Source: Syncephalis fuscata S228 (lineage: Eukaryota; Fungi; Zoopagomycota). Taken from it: a stretch of DNA of 64,000 nt. The notes below the pieces were generated by a model that searched no databases, was not told the DNA's origin, and worked only from the letters and a program-made list of their open reading frames with translations. The stretch spans positions 372,001-436,000 of the forward strand of contig JAHLTZ010000022.1 in NCBI GenBank assembly GCA_025786725.1, given 5' to 3'. Shown here in pieces: positions 53,451 through 64,000 of the stretch. The position numbers and the translations under genes are program-made. Each line of letters begins with the position of its first letter. Position 1 is the stretch's first letter.

Positions 53451-54000
53451 TTATGCATTTTTTAAATATTCATTCTTATTATATTATTTTATTAATTTAT
53501 AATTGTATTTCAGTATCAATAGTAAAGTAAAGCCAACGATGCATCAAATCAAGAATGCAATTTACATAAACCAATTTCCAGTAATCATCGCATGACAGAG
53601 TAATGATTACAATACCAGCATCTGTTGCTTGAGAAAAGTTTACTATGTTCTATATTTAAGGCAGCATTACAAATATCCAATTTACTAAACTGGAAATGAT
53701 AGACAATTATGCACAATACAAAACTATATACATATACAATTTACGTATTGCCTTCGTAGTGCAATTTTCGTATATAAATAAATACTGATTAAATACACTG
53801 ATACAAACTGCTGCACCGTCCCAACACATATCCAGTATTGTCGACCCCTCACAGTGTGCTCAGATACGTGTCACTTGTCTCCTTGTTCATGTTCGGAACT
53901 GTACTTATATTATAAACAGGCTTTTCTTATTTGAATCCAAATATTGCTATTACTATTTGTTTTGTTTTTATCACTGCTGCTTTACTGTCTATTCTTTAGC

Positions 54001-54728
54001 ATGTCAGGTAAGTAAAGTATCTCATCTAGTTAGTTAAATAACAATGATTGTAAGCATCTTGTGCGCAAACAAGCGGGCTATCATTCTGTAATCGAGTGAA
54101 CTACCGCGTACCAGTACCGAGTGGCGGCAATACCACTAATGCGGCACAAGCCTATGATGACCGTGCTCGCAAGTACTATGACAATTTTACACAGTTACTT
54201 GATCAATTTGACTGCGATAATCGCTATTCATTTGAACGTAATTGCGATAATTGCCGAGATGCATACAAAGATTGGCTATGTGCTATGACTGTGCCGCAAT
54301 GTCATCAAGGGGACAGTGCCGGTGATAGCTACGACCCGAAAGATCCTAATCTGCTTGCAAGGCCGAAAGATAATGGACGTGCCTTGCCATCAACAGGTAC
54401 TTGGACCGAAGTACTGCCATGTGTTGGGCTTTGCTACCGCGTTGTTCAAAGTTGTCCCGCCTATTTCCAGTTTGCATGTCCAAGTATTAGCCACAACAAA
54501 GCAAATAGCTATGGTGTGGATTTAAAGCAGTTAACGCAGCCTGAAAGCAAACTATTGAATAATAATGCCGTTCAGTGCAATAACATTGGTATTGGCGAAG
54601 CATTAATGAAAAATAGCGGTGCTTGTTCGCATCGTATGGATACACGTACCACTTCAATGTCAACAGTGTTATTGTTATTATATTTTATTATGGGTACAAT
54701 AGTACTGCCACTGTTTCCTTTATTCTAA
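54001..54728 (+). CDS. MID1: Mid1-like Cys-rich calcium-channel accessory subunit (compact form)
   Basis: GLSFCNRVNYRVP, YSFERNCDNCRDAYKDWLCAMTVPQC and EVLPCVGLCYRVVQSCPAYFQFACP; hydrophobic C-terminal tail. Start uncertain (ATG 54001 plus intron 54008-54054). Confidence 0.8.
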
Positions 54729-54844
54729 GCTGTAATTTTGCATTATTATAAACTATTAATTTTTAAATATTTATTATACTTAATGTTGAATATATTTATA
54801 ATTATAAACTGATTGCAATAAACTAATTGCCGTATACACAGAGA

Positions 54845-57800
54845 CTAGGCAAGAATATGCGCTAGCTCTCTATCATCAATTTCTTGCTGGCGTTTGTGTA
54901 TGAGTTCACACAAGTGCTCGTAGACCAGCCAGGGAAACGAGAGACGATCGCCGTATTCACCAGCCAATGCACGTTCCGATGGCTCATACGTCACGTAATA
55001 CCAAGCCGACGCCTTACTACGAATTGCTTCTTGAATATGTTCGGGAAAGGGAGCCTTTTTTGATACAGATGATGAAGTAGCAGCAGCAGTAGTAGCCGTG
55101 TTAATAGATGATCGGGCCATCAAGTCTTCAAGTCGTACATTAACAGCACCACCATTATTAGCTGGTTTCGCATCAATAATTGCACTTTCTAGTGGATCAG
55201 CCTCTGTAGCAACGGCTTCTTTAAATTCTTCCATAAAGTTTCGTTTAAATCGAGCTTCAATACCACTAACAAGCTCCATGACTTGCTGACGCAAATGATA
55301 ATCACGGCGTTGGAACGCATCTTGGAATTGAATGACCCAGCCGCTAATCGCTTCCCATTCAGTAGCAATGCCAAACTGCTTCATCACCCCATCAATTGCT
55401 TGATCGTAGTCATGTTTTAGTATGCGTGCTTCTTTAAGAAATATTTCATAGCCATTAGCTAGCATTCGTTCATCGATTTGTGCATTGTCGTCCGGTTTAA
55501 ACTCTTCAAGAGTAATTGCATCATAAATCTTGCCTAGTACTGTCTCAGAATGATACATTGGCTTATCAGACTTTTCCATAAAATGTGGATAACTACGTGG
55601 TCTTAATGCACGTTCAAACTCGGCTGGAACACCTGTTTTTGGGAAATCTACGGCAATTGAATGTAGCTGTGCAAGTCGAATACATGTGCCATGTCGTGCA
55701 CCATTTGTTAATTGATCAGCCTGTGCAAGATGGGCATGGGCAATCATACCAAGATTGTCGTATAAAATATAATTGACAAAGAACTAATAATAAAATGAAA
55801 TGATCAGTGTTAATAACGTTAATAGCCAATTTATTCATTTTTACCCTTTTAATATCTCTAATATCAATATTCTCTTTGGTTGGTGAGGTTGGCGGTGTAT
55901 TGTCCATGGGTTTAAAATCAGCTTCTGGTAATAACTTTGGGTCCCAAATACATCTATTACATCAATAATCATAATAATAATAATTGTTAATACCATCTAT
56001 TATATCTATTAAATATTTTAACTTACGTAAATTCATCGCCATCTAAATCACCACCACTACATTGACTTGGTACATCGCGGTCACCCTTTTGACTAAATAC
56101 AATAACGTTTTTTAAATGTCTTAATTCTGGCTTATCAACTGCTGTTAGCAAACGAATATCGCCAGGATGGAAACATGGATTTCTTGTAACGGCACATGGA
56201 CCAGTAGGTACGTAAGGCTTTTCATAAGCTGGATGATCGTATTGAAGAAATATTTCGTGTGGTTCTAGGATATTAAATTCATCCATTACACCAAGTAGCA
56301 TAACACTTTGTTCAATGGGTATTTTTGCCTTGCGTTTCAGTTCACGCAATTGGCAGGCCCGGAATACACGTAGTAGATTGGCTAGATACGTTTCATGTTT
56401 ATCAAGTAGACCAGCCCGTAACATGGCCACCATACGATTGACCGTTTCGTATTCATCGCCTGATTGTTGCAATAAACGAATGGCCGTCTCACGCTCGTTC
56501 ATGGCCCGATTAATACGATCCATCATTTCCGTCATACGATTAAGTATAACATTACCATCCACACCTAAACATGTAAGTAAAACAATAATCTGTCGATTAA
56601 GTGCACCAGCAGTGTAGTTTGCTACTCGAATGACTTCAAGAGCCCGATGATCTGATTTAAATTTACACTGACTGTCACGATATTCAATACGTCGTAGTGT
56701 CGATGATAGTGGCGGATGTAGACTCAGTACACCTTTGCAGCCACCAAGTCTAAACTGGACTGCACTTGGTAGCTCTTTAAGGCCCATCTTTTCTTCAACG
56801 GCCCTAGCAATTGCTAATGACATACGACCAACACCATCCGAGAATGTATAAGCGCCATCAGTAGTAATAATATCGGGAATACGCTTTAGCTCTTTAGGTT
56901 CTAGTTCAATAGTCATTCTTGTACTAGAGAAACACTGGCCCATACGTGCGGCTAGCTTGCCAATAATCTTATAGTCTGAAAAGTCACCCATCCATTCACG
57001 GATTTGATCGGCAGTAATGCCATTATCGCCTTGTTTAGATGCAATAAACCAGCAGCCATATTCTCTTAGCTGAGAGGATGAAAAGGCCAGAAACTCATAG
57101 TGTCGTCCACCTACAAGTATGCCACGTACTAAAATACTGAATAAACGTCGAAATAGCATATCATGGGTTTTTTCTGCGCCACGAATACCGAATAGTGACT
57201 CATCCAAAAATTGGATACGTAATAGTCGATCAGCATGTTGAGCAAATGACCTGACTACGCGATTTGACGTCTCCACCATCGGTTCAAGTACGTACATTTT
57301 TGTTGGTGTGACAACAACTTTAGGAATGGCCACACAATAATCCGGTAATGCTGTACGGTTTGTATGTTCACTAATAATACGACCGGCACCTTCAATCCAC
57401 GTATCTGTTGGCGTATCAGCTTCATATTCGTCGTCATCTGCATTATAAGGATCCTCATCTGATTTCAATCGACTAATTTCACGTTCAAGCAGCTCATTTA
57501 TATTATCGGTATCGCGCATTCTATGGACAAGATTACGTAAAGCATGTTCAGCAACGCCGTTATCAACATTATTAGCCAATAAGTTTAAAAACTCTTCATC
57601 AATAGCATGTTCCGATAAACGTCGTTGTGTAATATACTGTTGAAGCCGATACTGTACGGGAAATGACTTGGCACCTAGTGTAGCCAACTTGGACTGGCTA
57701 ATCTTCTTCCATGGATATTCAAATGGATCATAGGTGACGTTTAGATCGAGTTGCGTATAAAACGATAATGTTTCCTCAGCTCTAGTACCATTTCTTGACA

Positions 57801-59888
57801 TTGCTGTATCAGTTGTTGTTTTGTCGTTATTTTTAACAGTGGCTGGAATGCCTTGTAAAGGATTCATACGCGCATCTTCATTATCAGCCAAATGACGAAG
57901 TCCAAATATCTGCGCATTCTTTAGCGTATTAAGAAATGTTTGACCATCTGATCGTCGATTTGATCCAAAATTAAACTGAAGCCGATAATCTAACCAGAAC
58001 CAAACAGCACCAATCCTCTGTCTTCATCATGCGGCAATACTTCAAATGGCTCAGTTTTTGAAGATTGAGGCACTGGCTGCATTCTAATATGCACTACACG
58101 TTGCCAGGCATTGTCGCGATTGTAGGTGCCTTCTTTGTTCGTGCTTGTACTTTCAACACGCTTCTCCAGCCGTTCGACCAATGGTGGCCGTGTTAATTTT
58201 AGTAACAACGTAACACTTTGTGGTGGATCTGCATCATCGCGCATATTACGTATAGTCTGATCGTTACGTTGAATACGGAACCAACAAGGTGCATCTTTAC
58301 ACCGTAGTTCCATTCTAAAGTCTATGCCATCAAATGTAAACTCCAGCTGTACTCGGCCTTTGTTTGGATCAATGGCCATTCGAACACTGCCATCCGGCTC
58401 CCAACACGATAGATAGACACCACGACGCGGCTCAGATCCCAGTTCTAACGAGTCAGCTGTAAATCGCTGCCATCCTATGCCGCTACCTTCTTGTCGTTGA
58501 TTGTTCGGCAATTGCTCTTGTGGTGGCTGAGTAAGAAAGCGTGGCAGCAATACTTCTCTCGAAGCACATTCTTCGTCAATCCTACGATGCTCGTCAATTT
58601 CTTGATCGCTCATCGCATTGACCCATACTGAACTGTTGCAAATACTTATACTTAGTGCTTCTGTTCGCTCAATCAATTTTCGAATTATAGTATGAGGGTT
58701 TGGACTTATAGGCATATAACAAATGGCACCTCGACCCGTATGTCTACTAGCACTTGTATGACCGCCGGTATTTGTCTTAAGATCAAGACGAGCACTATAG
58801 AGATTACCAAATTCGCTAAATACTTTGACTATGTCTTGTAAATTGGCTTGTTCTGGAACACCTCGCAGTGAAATAAGTAAACAGCGCGGCATTCTTACAG
58901 TTGTTCTTGTAGATGGAGGCGAATAAGCTGATTGTTCTGGTCGAGAAGAATAGGAATTACGGCCATTTCTTCTATCGGTGTTATGTTCTGAGCGTCTTGA
59001 AAAACGTCTTTCTTCTTCCTGGTTAAGCTGTTGTCGATATCTATCTATCATATCGCTAAATAATTGATCATTTTATTACATTTAATTAGCACTATTAACG
59101 AAAATAATAAACACACCAACTTACAAGCTTATTTCTGGCGGCTGATTGTCAATTTGTTTGCCATGTTCATCGCTATCATTTATCTGTCTCTCTTGGTGCA
59201 TTTGACGGAATACAGTTGAAACGCGCGCAATTCGCCTTGTTTGATTATTGGGTGCAGGTGGACTGCGAACATTATTGCGAATTGTTGCCTCATTGTTGGA
59301 TTGTTGATTATCGTCTTCGTCTTGAGAAGATGATCCATACTGATTTGATCGAATTATTGGTGATCGAGGCTGATCTCTTCTAACAAAACTAATATCCTGT
59401 TGGGCATTATAAATATTATTATTGTATATTGGCGCGCGATTCTCGCCATTCAATCGATCTAGTCTCTCGTCGTATTGAGTGTCATTATGTGAATTATGGC
59501 GTTCTCTGTTATACTCTGCTGGCTCGTCATATAGTCGAGACTGATAATCGTAACTGGCGTTGTTGTTCGAATTAGCTTGCGTAGAATTGAAGCCATTTCG
59601 TGGTCTAGTAGCTTGTATTTGTCGAGGGTCAGTCTGCCGTACAGGCATACCGTCGACCCATATAGTTGTAGAGCCATAGCCAGACGTTGGCCTTGGGTTG
59701 CTGCTAGATTCGGCGTGCCGACCATTTACATTGAAAGATGCTGGTGGCGATGAAGGTTGCGCACGACGCGCTGTTCCGTCACGGCGACAGCTAGGCAGCT
59801 GGTCGACAGTTTTACCAAGCTGCGCTGCGAGCATTTCACGAAGATCATCGTCGTCTGATGAGCTATCAAAAATATCTGGTAAATCCAT
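54845..59888 (-). CDS. Eukaryotic RNAi RNA-dependent RNA polymerase (RDR/QDE-1/SAD-1 family) with RRM-like N-terminal region
   Basis: YEFLAFSSSQLRE, ARMGQCFS, FSDGVG, SAVQFRLGGCKG, RNPCFHPGDIR, catalytic CSGGDLDGDEF and AVDFPKTG. Three introns; frameshift near 57995. Confidence 0.95.
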
Positions 59889-61827
59889 ATTGATAGTGGT
59901 TAAAAAGAACAAAGAGGTATAAACAGTGGATATGACGTAAACGTCAAAGGATGCTATTGTGAGCAAGCCAGAACATCAGTTAAGTAATCGTTTACGTTAT
60001 TTGGTACACGTTGTGCCACTTACGGACTGTATTAAATGTGAATGTAATTAAATAATATTTACCAACTATCATTAATTTGTATAGTAAAAGATGTACCAAT
60101 AAAAACTCAACACAATATTGCAATAGCCATGAATATAGCTTTGTACAAATAATTGCAATACTTGATTATTTATTAAAACACTGCTATAAGGCTATTATAG
60201 TTTATTTCAAAATTATTTTTGAAGTTCAATGATTGCATTTCCAAATAGTTTTATCTGTCAATTAACCTGCTGTTTAGTTAATCTAGCGTCAATGATAGTT
60301 CGTGTAAAACAATAATAGCATCAGGAGAGCTATTGAATGTTCGTTGTTTAGATGTTATTTGTTTGATACACATGGCACTATTGTCAAAAATAATACAAGA
60401 AACCAAAGTGTATTTTATTAAACATGGTATCTATAGATACAAGCTAGCATGTGGATCATCATTTAGTATTATGTGCAACAATCAGAATATTGCTTATAAT
60501 AATTTTAATATATCAAGTAAGTCACATGTATTAATTATGCAGATAGCTATAAAGTAACACTGGATATCAGTCTATATAATTACATTTACGCTCTACAGAA
60601 CAGCAGCAAATAAATAGCAATATACGCTTTTAAGTTTATAAAACATTCAAAACTAATAAACAACAATTTTACAGCATATTTTATATTACTGTAATGATAC
60701 TGTAGTATATTTTATGCTGTTAGAAATCTGTTTAATTTTTAAAAGACTACAACCATAAAGATCGAGATTAGCAAGTATTGACAAAAATATGCTAAGTTTA
60801 CATTAACGTAGATTAGCTATTGCACACAAGAAAAATCTAGATTGGATATTCAATTAGATTTAAGCGGTAATAGATTGAAATGCTGATTTTTATTTGCGCT
60901 GATATTGACCGAATATATCAACACAATAACCATAGTTTTCTAAACATACTATATAAAGCTTGTGGTTTAAAAAAAGCGTAGTATTATAATAAAGCAGGTA
61001 AAAGGCTTAGAGCATATGGCCGTTGCTATATAATTTATGATTTATAATCTGCTAGACTATAACTGCGGACATGGCAATGCATTAATAATGCTATAGTTGA
61101 TACAATCACTCGTAAAATAGCTATGCAAAAATATTACATTAGTAAATAGTACCTTGCTGTAAACATTATCTTAGTCGTGAATATGTTCAATATGCGCCGA
61201 GAGCCATCACAATCTACATACAACGGCAATGAAGGCTATATCTAAATGAAGCTGTAAGCAATAGTTGTTCAAAACATACGTACATAATTGTGGTATTTCT
61301 ATAACCATTGAACATGGGATCCCACAATAACTATCATTGTTTTGAATGCTTGTTTTCTATTTTTAAACCGGAATGAATGTTTCTAAAAGCTATATGCAAA
61401 TCGCTTGACAATCAAACCATGTGGAGTTGAAACCTATATTTACTTGTAGTAGTTCCAAGTCTGGTACACCCATACATAATCGTACACAAATTTACCTTTT
61501 TGGTCTACGATTGATGTGCTAGCAGTCTCAGCTCATTTATTTTTCCTATCATTATGTAGATTGCCTTTTTGAGCTGCAGTCGATGTTGCAGCCGTTTTGA
61601 ATTCAGCTATTTTTACATGTGGCACATCCGCATTATCTTCTATGCTGGATAATTAATCAGCTACAGTTTTTCAAATTTGCTATAAAATGTCCATAGTTTG
61701 ACCATCTGTTGCCGTGTATTTCCTATACACACTTCGCTTATACTGCTATCTCTAGAGGCATTTTACAAATTCCACTTTTACATAAAATATATAACTTGCT
61801 ATCCTTGTCAAACGATTAAAAATTGCC

Positions 61828-62983
61828 ATGATAATTTCCAATCCCAAGCCTCTCATTGCTCTCGTGGTTGCTGCATCGACACTAGTATCCGCCATAAATG
61901 CTACCCCACCACCTGCTTCAGCATCTGTTGCATCATCTGCCGTAGTACCTCAAGAGATTCAGGATTAATAAACAAGCGCAAGGAACATTTAGGACAGAAA
62001 GAATCAACCATCCGAAGGTTTGACGGTATGATACAATATCAAGTCGGCTATGCCGTCAAATCAATTTCAATGAGATTGAAAGACAATACTAAACTTGTAT
62101 TCTAACCTAAATCTGTATTTTTATTTTAAAATTTCAAAATCACATTAGTTAATGAAATATTTAAAGGAAAACTAAGAGTATACGATGCATTCGGCATATC
62201 AGGTCTTTTTATTGAAAAAGCATCCTATCACGAAAGTGGTTATATTGTAACTAGATCAAGACTAGGCAACAGCAAAGTTCAATTTATTTGCGGAGATGAC
62301 GAAGTAAAAGCACCAAGTTTCCGATTCTTTAAGGTATGTTCACATTTAATATTGGACTATTGCTAACGTGCTTGAATAACAACAGGATGCTTATGAGCTT
62401 TCACAAACGCATCCAGGGCTTTATGAAGGTACTGAATATGTATCTGGACCTAAACAGCGAGTATTTGAGCCCAAGTTCAAGCTTGAATGCTTTTTGGGCA
62501 CCCAAAGCGATGGCGGCACAGCCTTAGAAGATATCTTTGCAGGAGGAAACATATCAGTTGAAGTTGCAACGAAATATGTTGAACGAATTTCAAAAGGTAA
62601 ACAGGCACACAAATAGTATAAGCATTATAACATAGTATCAATTAGGTCTGCAATACATGCGCACAATAGGCTGGATGCCTAGCAAAATGGATCACAGTAA
62701 GTTTGATTGAACTTTAGTCTGCATTACAATGGCACTGATATTTGATTTAGACTTTGTTGGAGATAAAAATGGATATCTATTCTACAGGTCTCATGCTGAC
62801 AGTGTTGATTTGAACTCCAAAGATTTGAGTTTAGGTGTGAAAAAAGCACTAATCAATGACTATAACGAGACCCTTTGGGGAGTACTTGGAAAATTGTACA
62901 AGATAATTCTTAAAACCAAAGACTACGAATTATCAAAAGAAGAGGTCAAGAAGAGATACATACAATACAAAATAGTATTTTAG
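61828..62983 (+). CDS. Secreted protein with degenerate kinase-like fold (pseudokinase-like); multi-exon, frameshifts
   Basis: Signal peptide MIISNPKPLIALVVAASTLVSAINA. GT-AG introns near 62026-62148, 62334-62385, 62597-62645 and 62697-62750. VERISKGLQYMRTIGW resembles kinase subdomain VIa. Confidence 0.5.
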
Positions 62984-63506
62984 CAATAAAACCGAGTTTA
63001 CAGATAATATTTTCGGCATATAAACATAACTATCGTATACCCAATTCACTTCCCGTTGTTTATGAGTATAATACTTAGTTATATTACCAGCCATAGTATC
63101 TTAAATTGCAAAACTAAATGTCATAAGCAATAAATTCGAATTTATTCTAAATCATTATTGTTCAAGTATTATTTTATTAATGCTTTTAATAGTCAATAAG
63201 CGTCAATTTAAACGAACTGTCCATTAATTTAATTATCATAGAAATGCTAATAAGTTTATTCATATGACAGTAGCTAGTAATAGTATATAGTATCATCTGC
63301 GCACAATTCATTGTAAAATAGACAAAATGGAATTAGCAATGGGCTAAGCATGAATAAGAAGATAAAGTATATGACGAAGGAGTAAAATTACTATATATTG
63401 GGAAATAAAAGACACTAGCGCATAGTGTAGCAAAGTAAACGATACATAAACAGTGGACTATCAGTGTATACAAATGTACACATCTGTTACTTATCGCTTG
63501 CTTGTT

Positions 63507-64000
63507 TTAAAAGCTCATTTGCGACAGCGTGGCCCAACTTCGTCGTGCACCAGCCATGGCATCGACCATTGAAGAACGCCAAACATTTCGTTGATTGTTT
63601 GGGCCATTCTCAGCCAGTTCTGGATTACGGCCACCACCCACAAGTTTTGTAGGACTTGTTCGTGGTGAAGATGGCAACGAAGTAGTACTAGAATTATCGA
63701 TGGTAGTGATACCATTTTCTGTAGTTGTCGCTAATACATTGCGTGAAAGATCAGGCGCCGATTTACGCTTTGAACAGCCGTCGATGATAGAACCAGCAAG
63801 ACTGCTATGTCCAGCAGAGGTGTTATTAGCACCGACAGGCTGTGCTACAGTATGTGCACCATGTACTGGTAAAGTGGCAGCACCTTGCACACCAACACGT
63901 GCCAAAAACATACGCATTCGGTGTCGTAAAATATCGTGATAGATTTGTTCAGGTTTAGCACGGATAAGACCACGACGCATAAGGCGCACGTAAGCCCAGA
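63507..64000 (-). CDS. C-terminal end of a Sec2/Rabin8-like Rab GEF (partial)
   Basis: WAYVRLMRRGLIRAKPEQIYHDILRHRMRMFLARVG resembles the conserved Sec2/Rabin8 C-terminal motif (Y.R.I..GL......I...R..M.LA..G). Confidence 0.6.
   Translation of the reverse strand, partial: WAYVRLMRRGLIRAKPEQIYHDILRHRMRMFLARVGVQGAATLPVHGAHTVAQPVGANNTSAGHSSLAGSIIDGCSKRKSAPDLSRNVLATTTENGITTIDNSSTTSLPSSPRTSPTKLVGGGRNPELAENGPNNQRNVWRSSMVDAMAGARRSWATLSQMSF

Noticed and set aside
8000-58000. Widespread pseudogenisation or programmed frameshifting (RasGEFs, SNU66, apyrases, MFS, RdRP)
   Set aside because: Single-base indels hit even conserved housekeeping genes such as SNU66 while motifs remain intact. Uncorrected sequencing errors are the simplest explanation.
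54845-59888. Endogenous viral RdRP
   Set aside because: The DLDGD motif, introns and overall motif order identify a cellular RNAi RdRP.

Overview
Eukaryotic, AT-rich, intron-containing DNA from a fungus. It is probably an early-diverging lineage; the gene content suggests a Zoopagomycota-type mycoparasite or predator, but this is inference. Recognisable genes in order: three Cdc25-type RasGEF paralogs (5.0-10.3 kb +, 12.4-16.5 kb +, 24.4-28.9 kb - with SH3), a UDP-glycosyltransferase, a DnaJ protein, SART1/Snu66, three intronless secreted GDA1/CD39 apyrases interleaved with an MFS transporter and an NPP1-type ectonucleotide pyrophosphatase, an F-box protein, a Rieske-domain protein, a truncated degenerate subtilisin, a compact Mid1-like protein, an RNAi RNA-dependent RNA polymerase, a secreted pseudokinase-like protein and the 3' end of a Sec2-like Rab GEF. 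Many genes carry single-base frameshifts that look like assembly errors. The standout feature is invisible to the ORF track. Bases 1-1410 (minus strand) hold a signal-peptide exon followed by at least 15 consecutive 3-nt micro-exons (AG-NNN-GT), spaced about 82 bp apart by mutually homologous introns. Spliced, they read ...DA-TPNQEGRPHTHGRR-WYCFFVPC..., which resembles a Kex2-cleavable, disulfide-looped secreted peptide precursor encoded one codon-length exon at a time. Also present are an 806-bp near-perfect inverted repeat (22.4-24.3 kb) and a degenerate dispersed repeat family.
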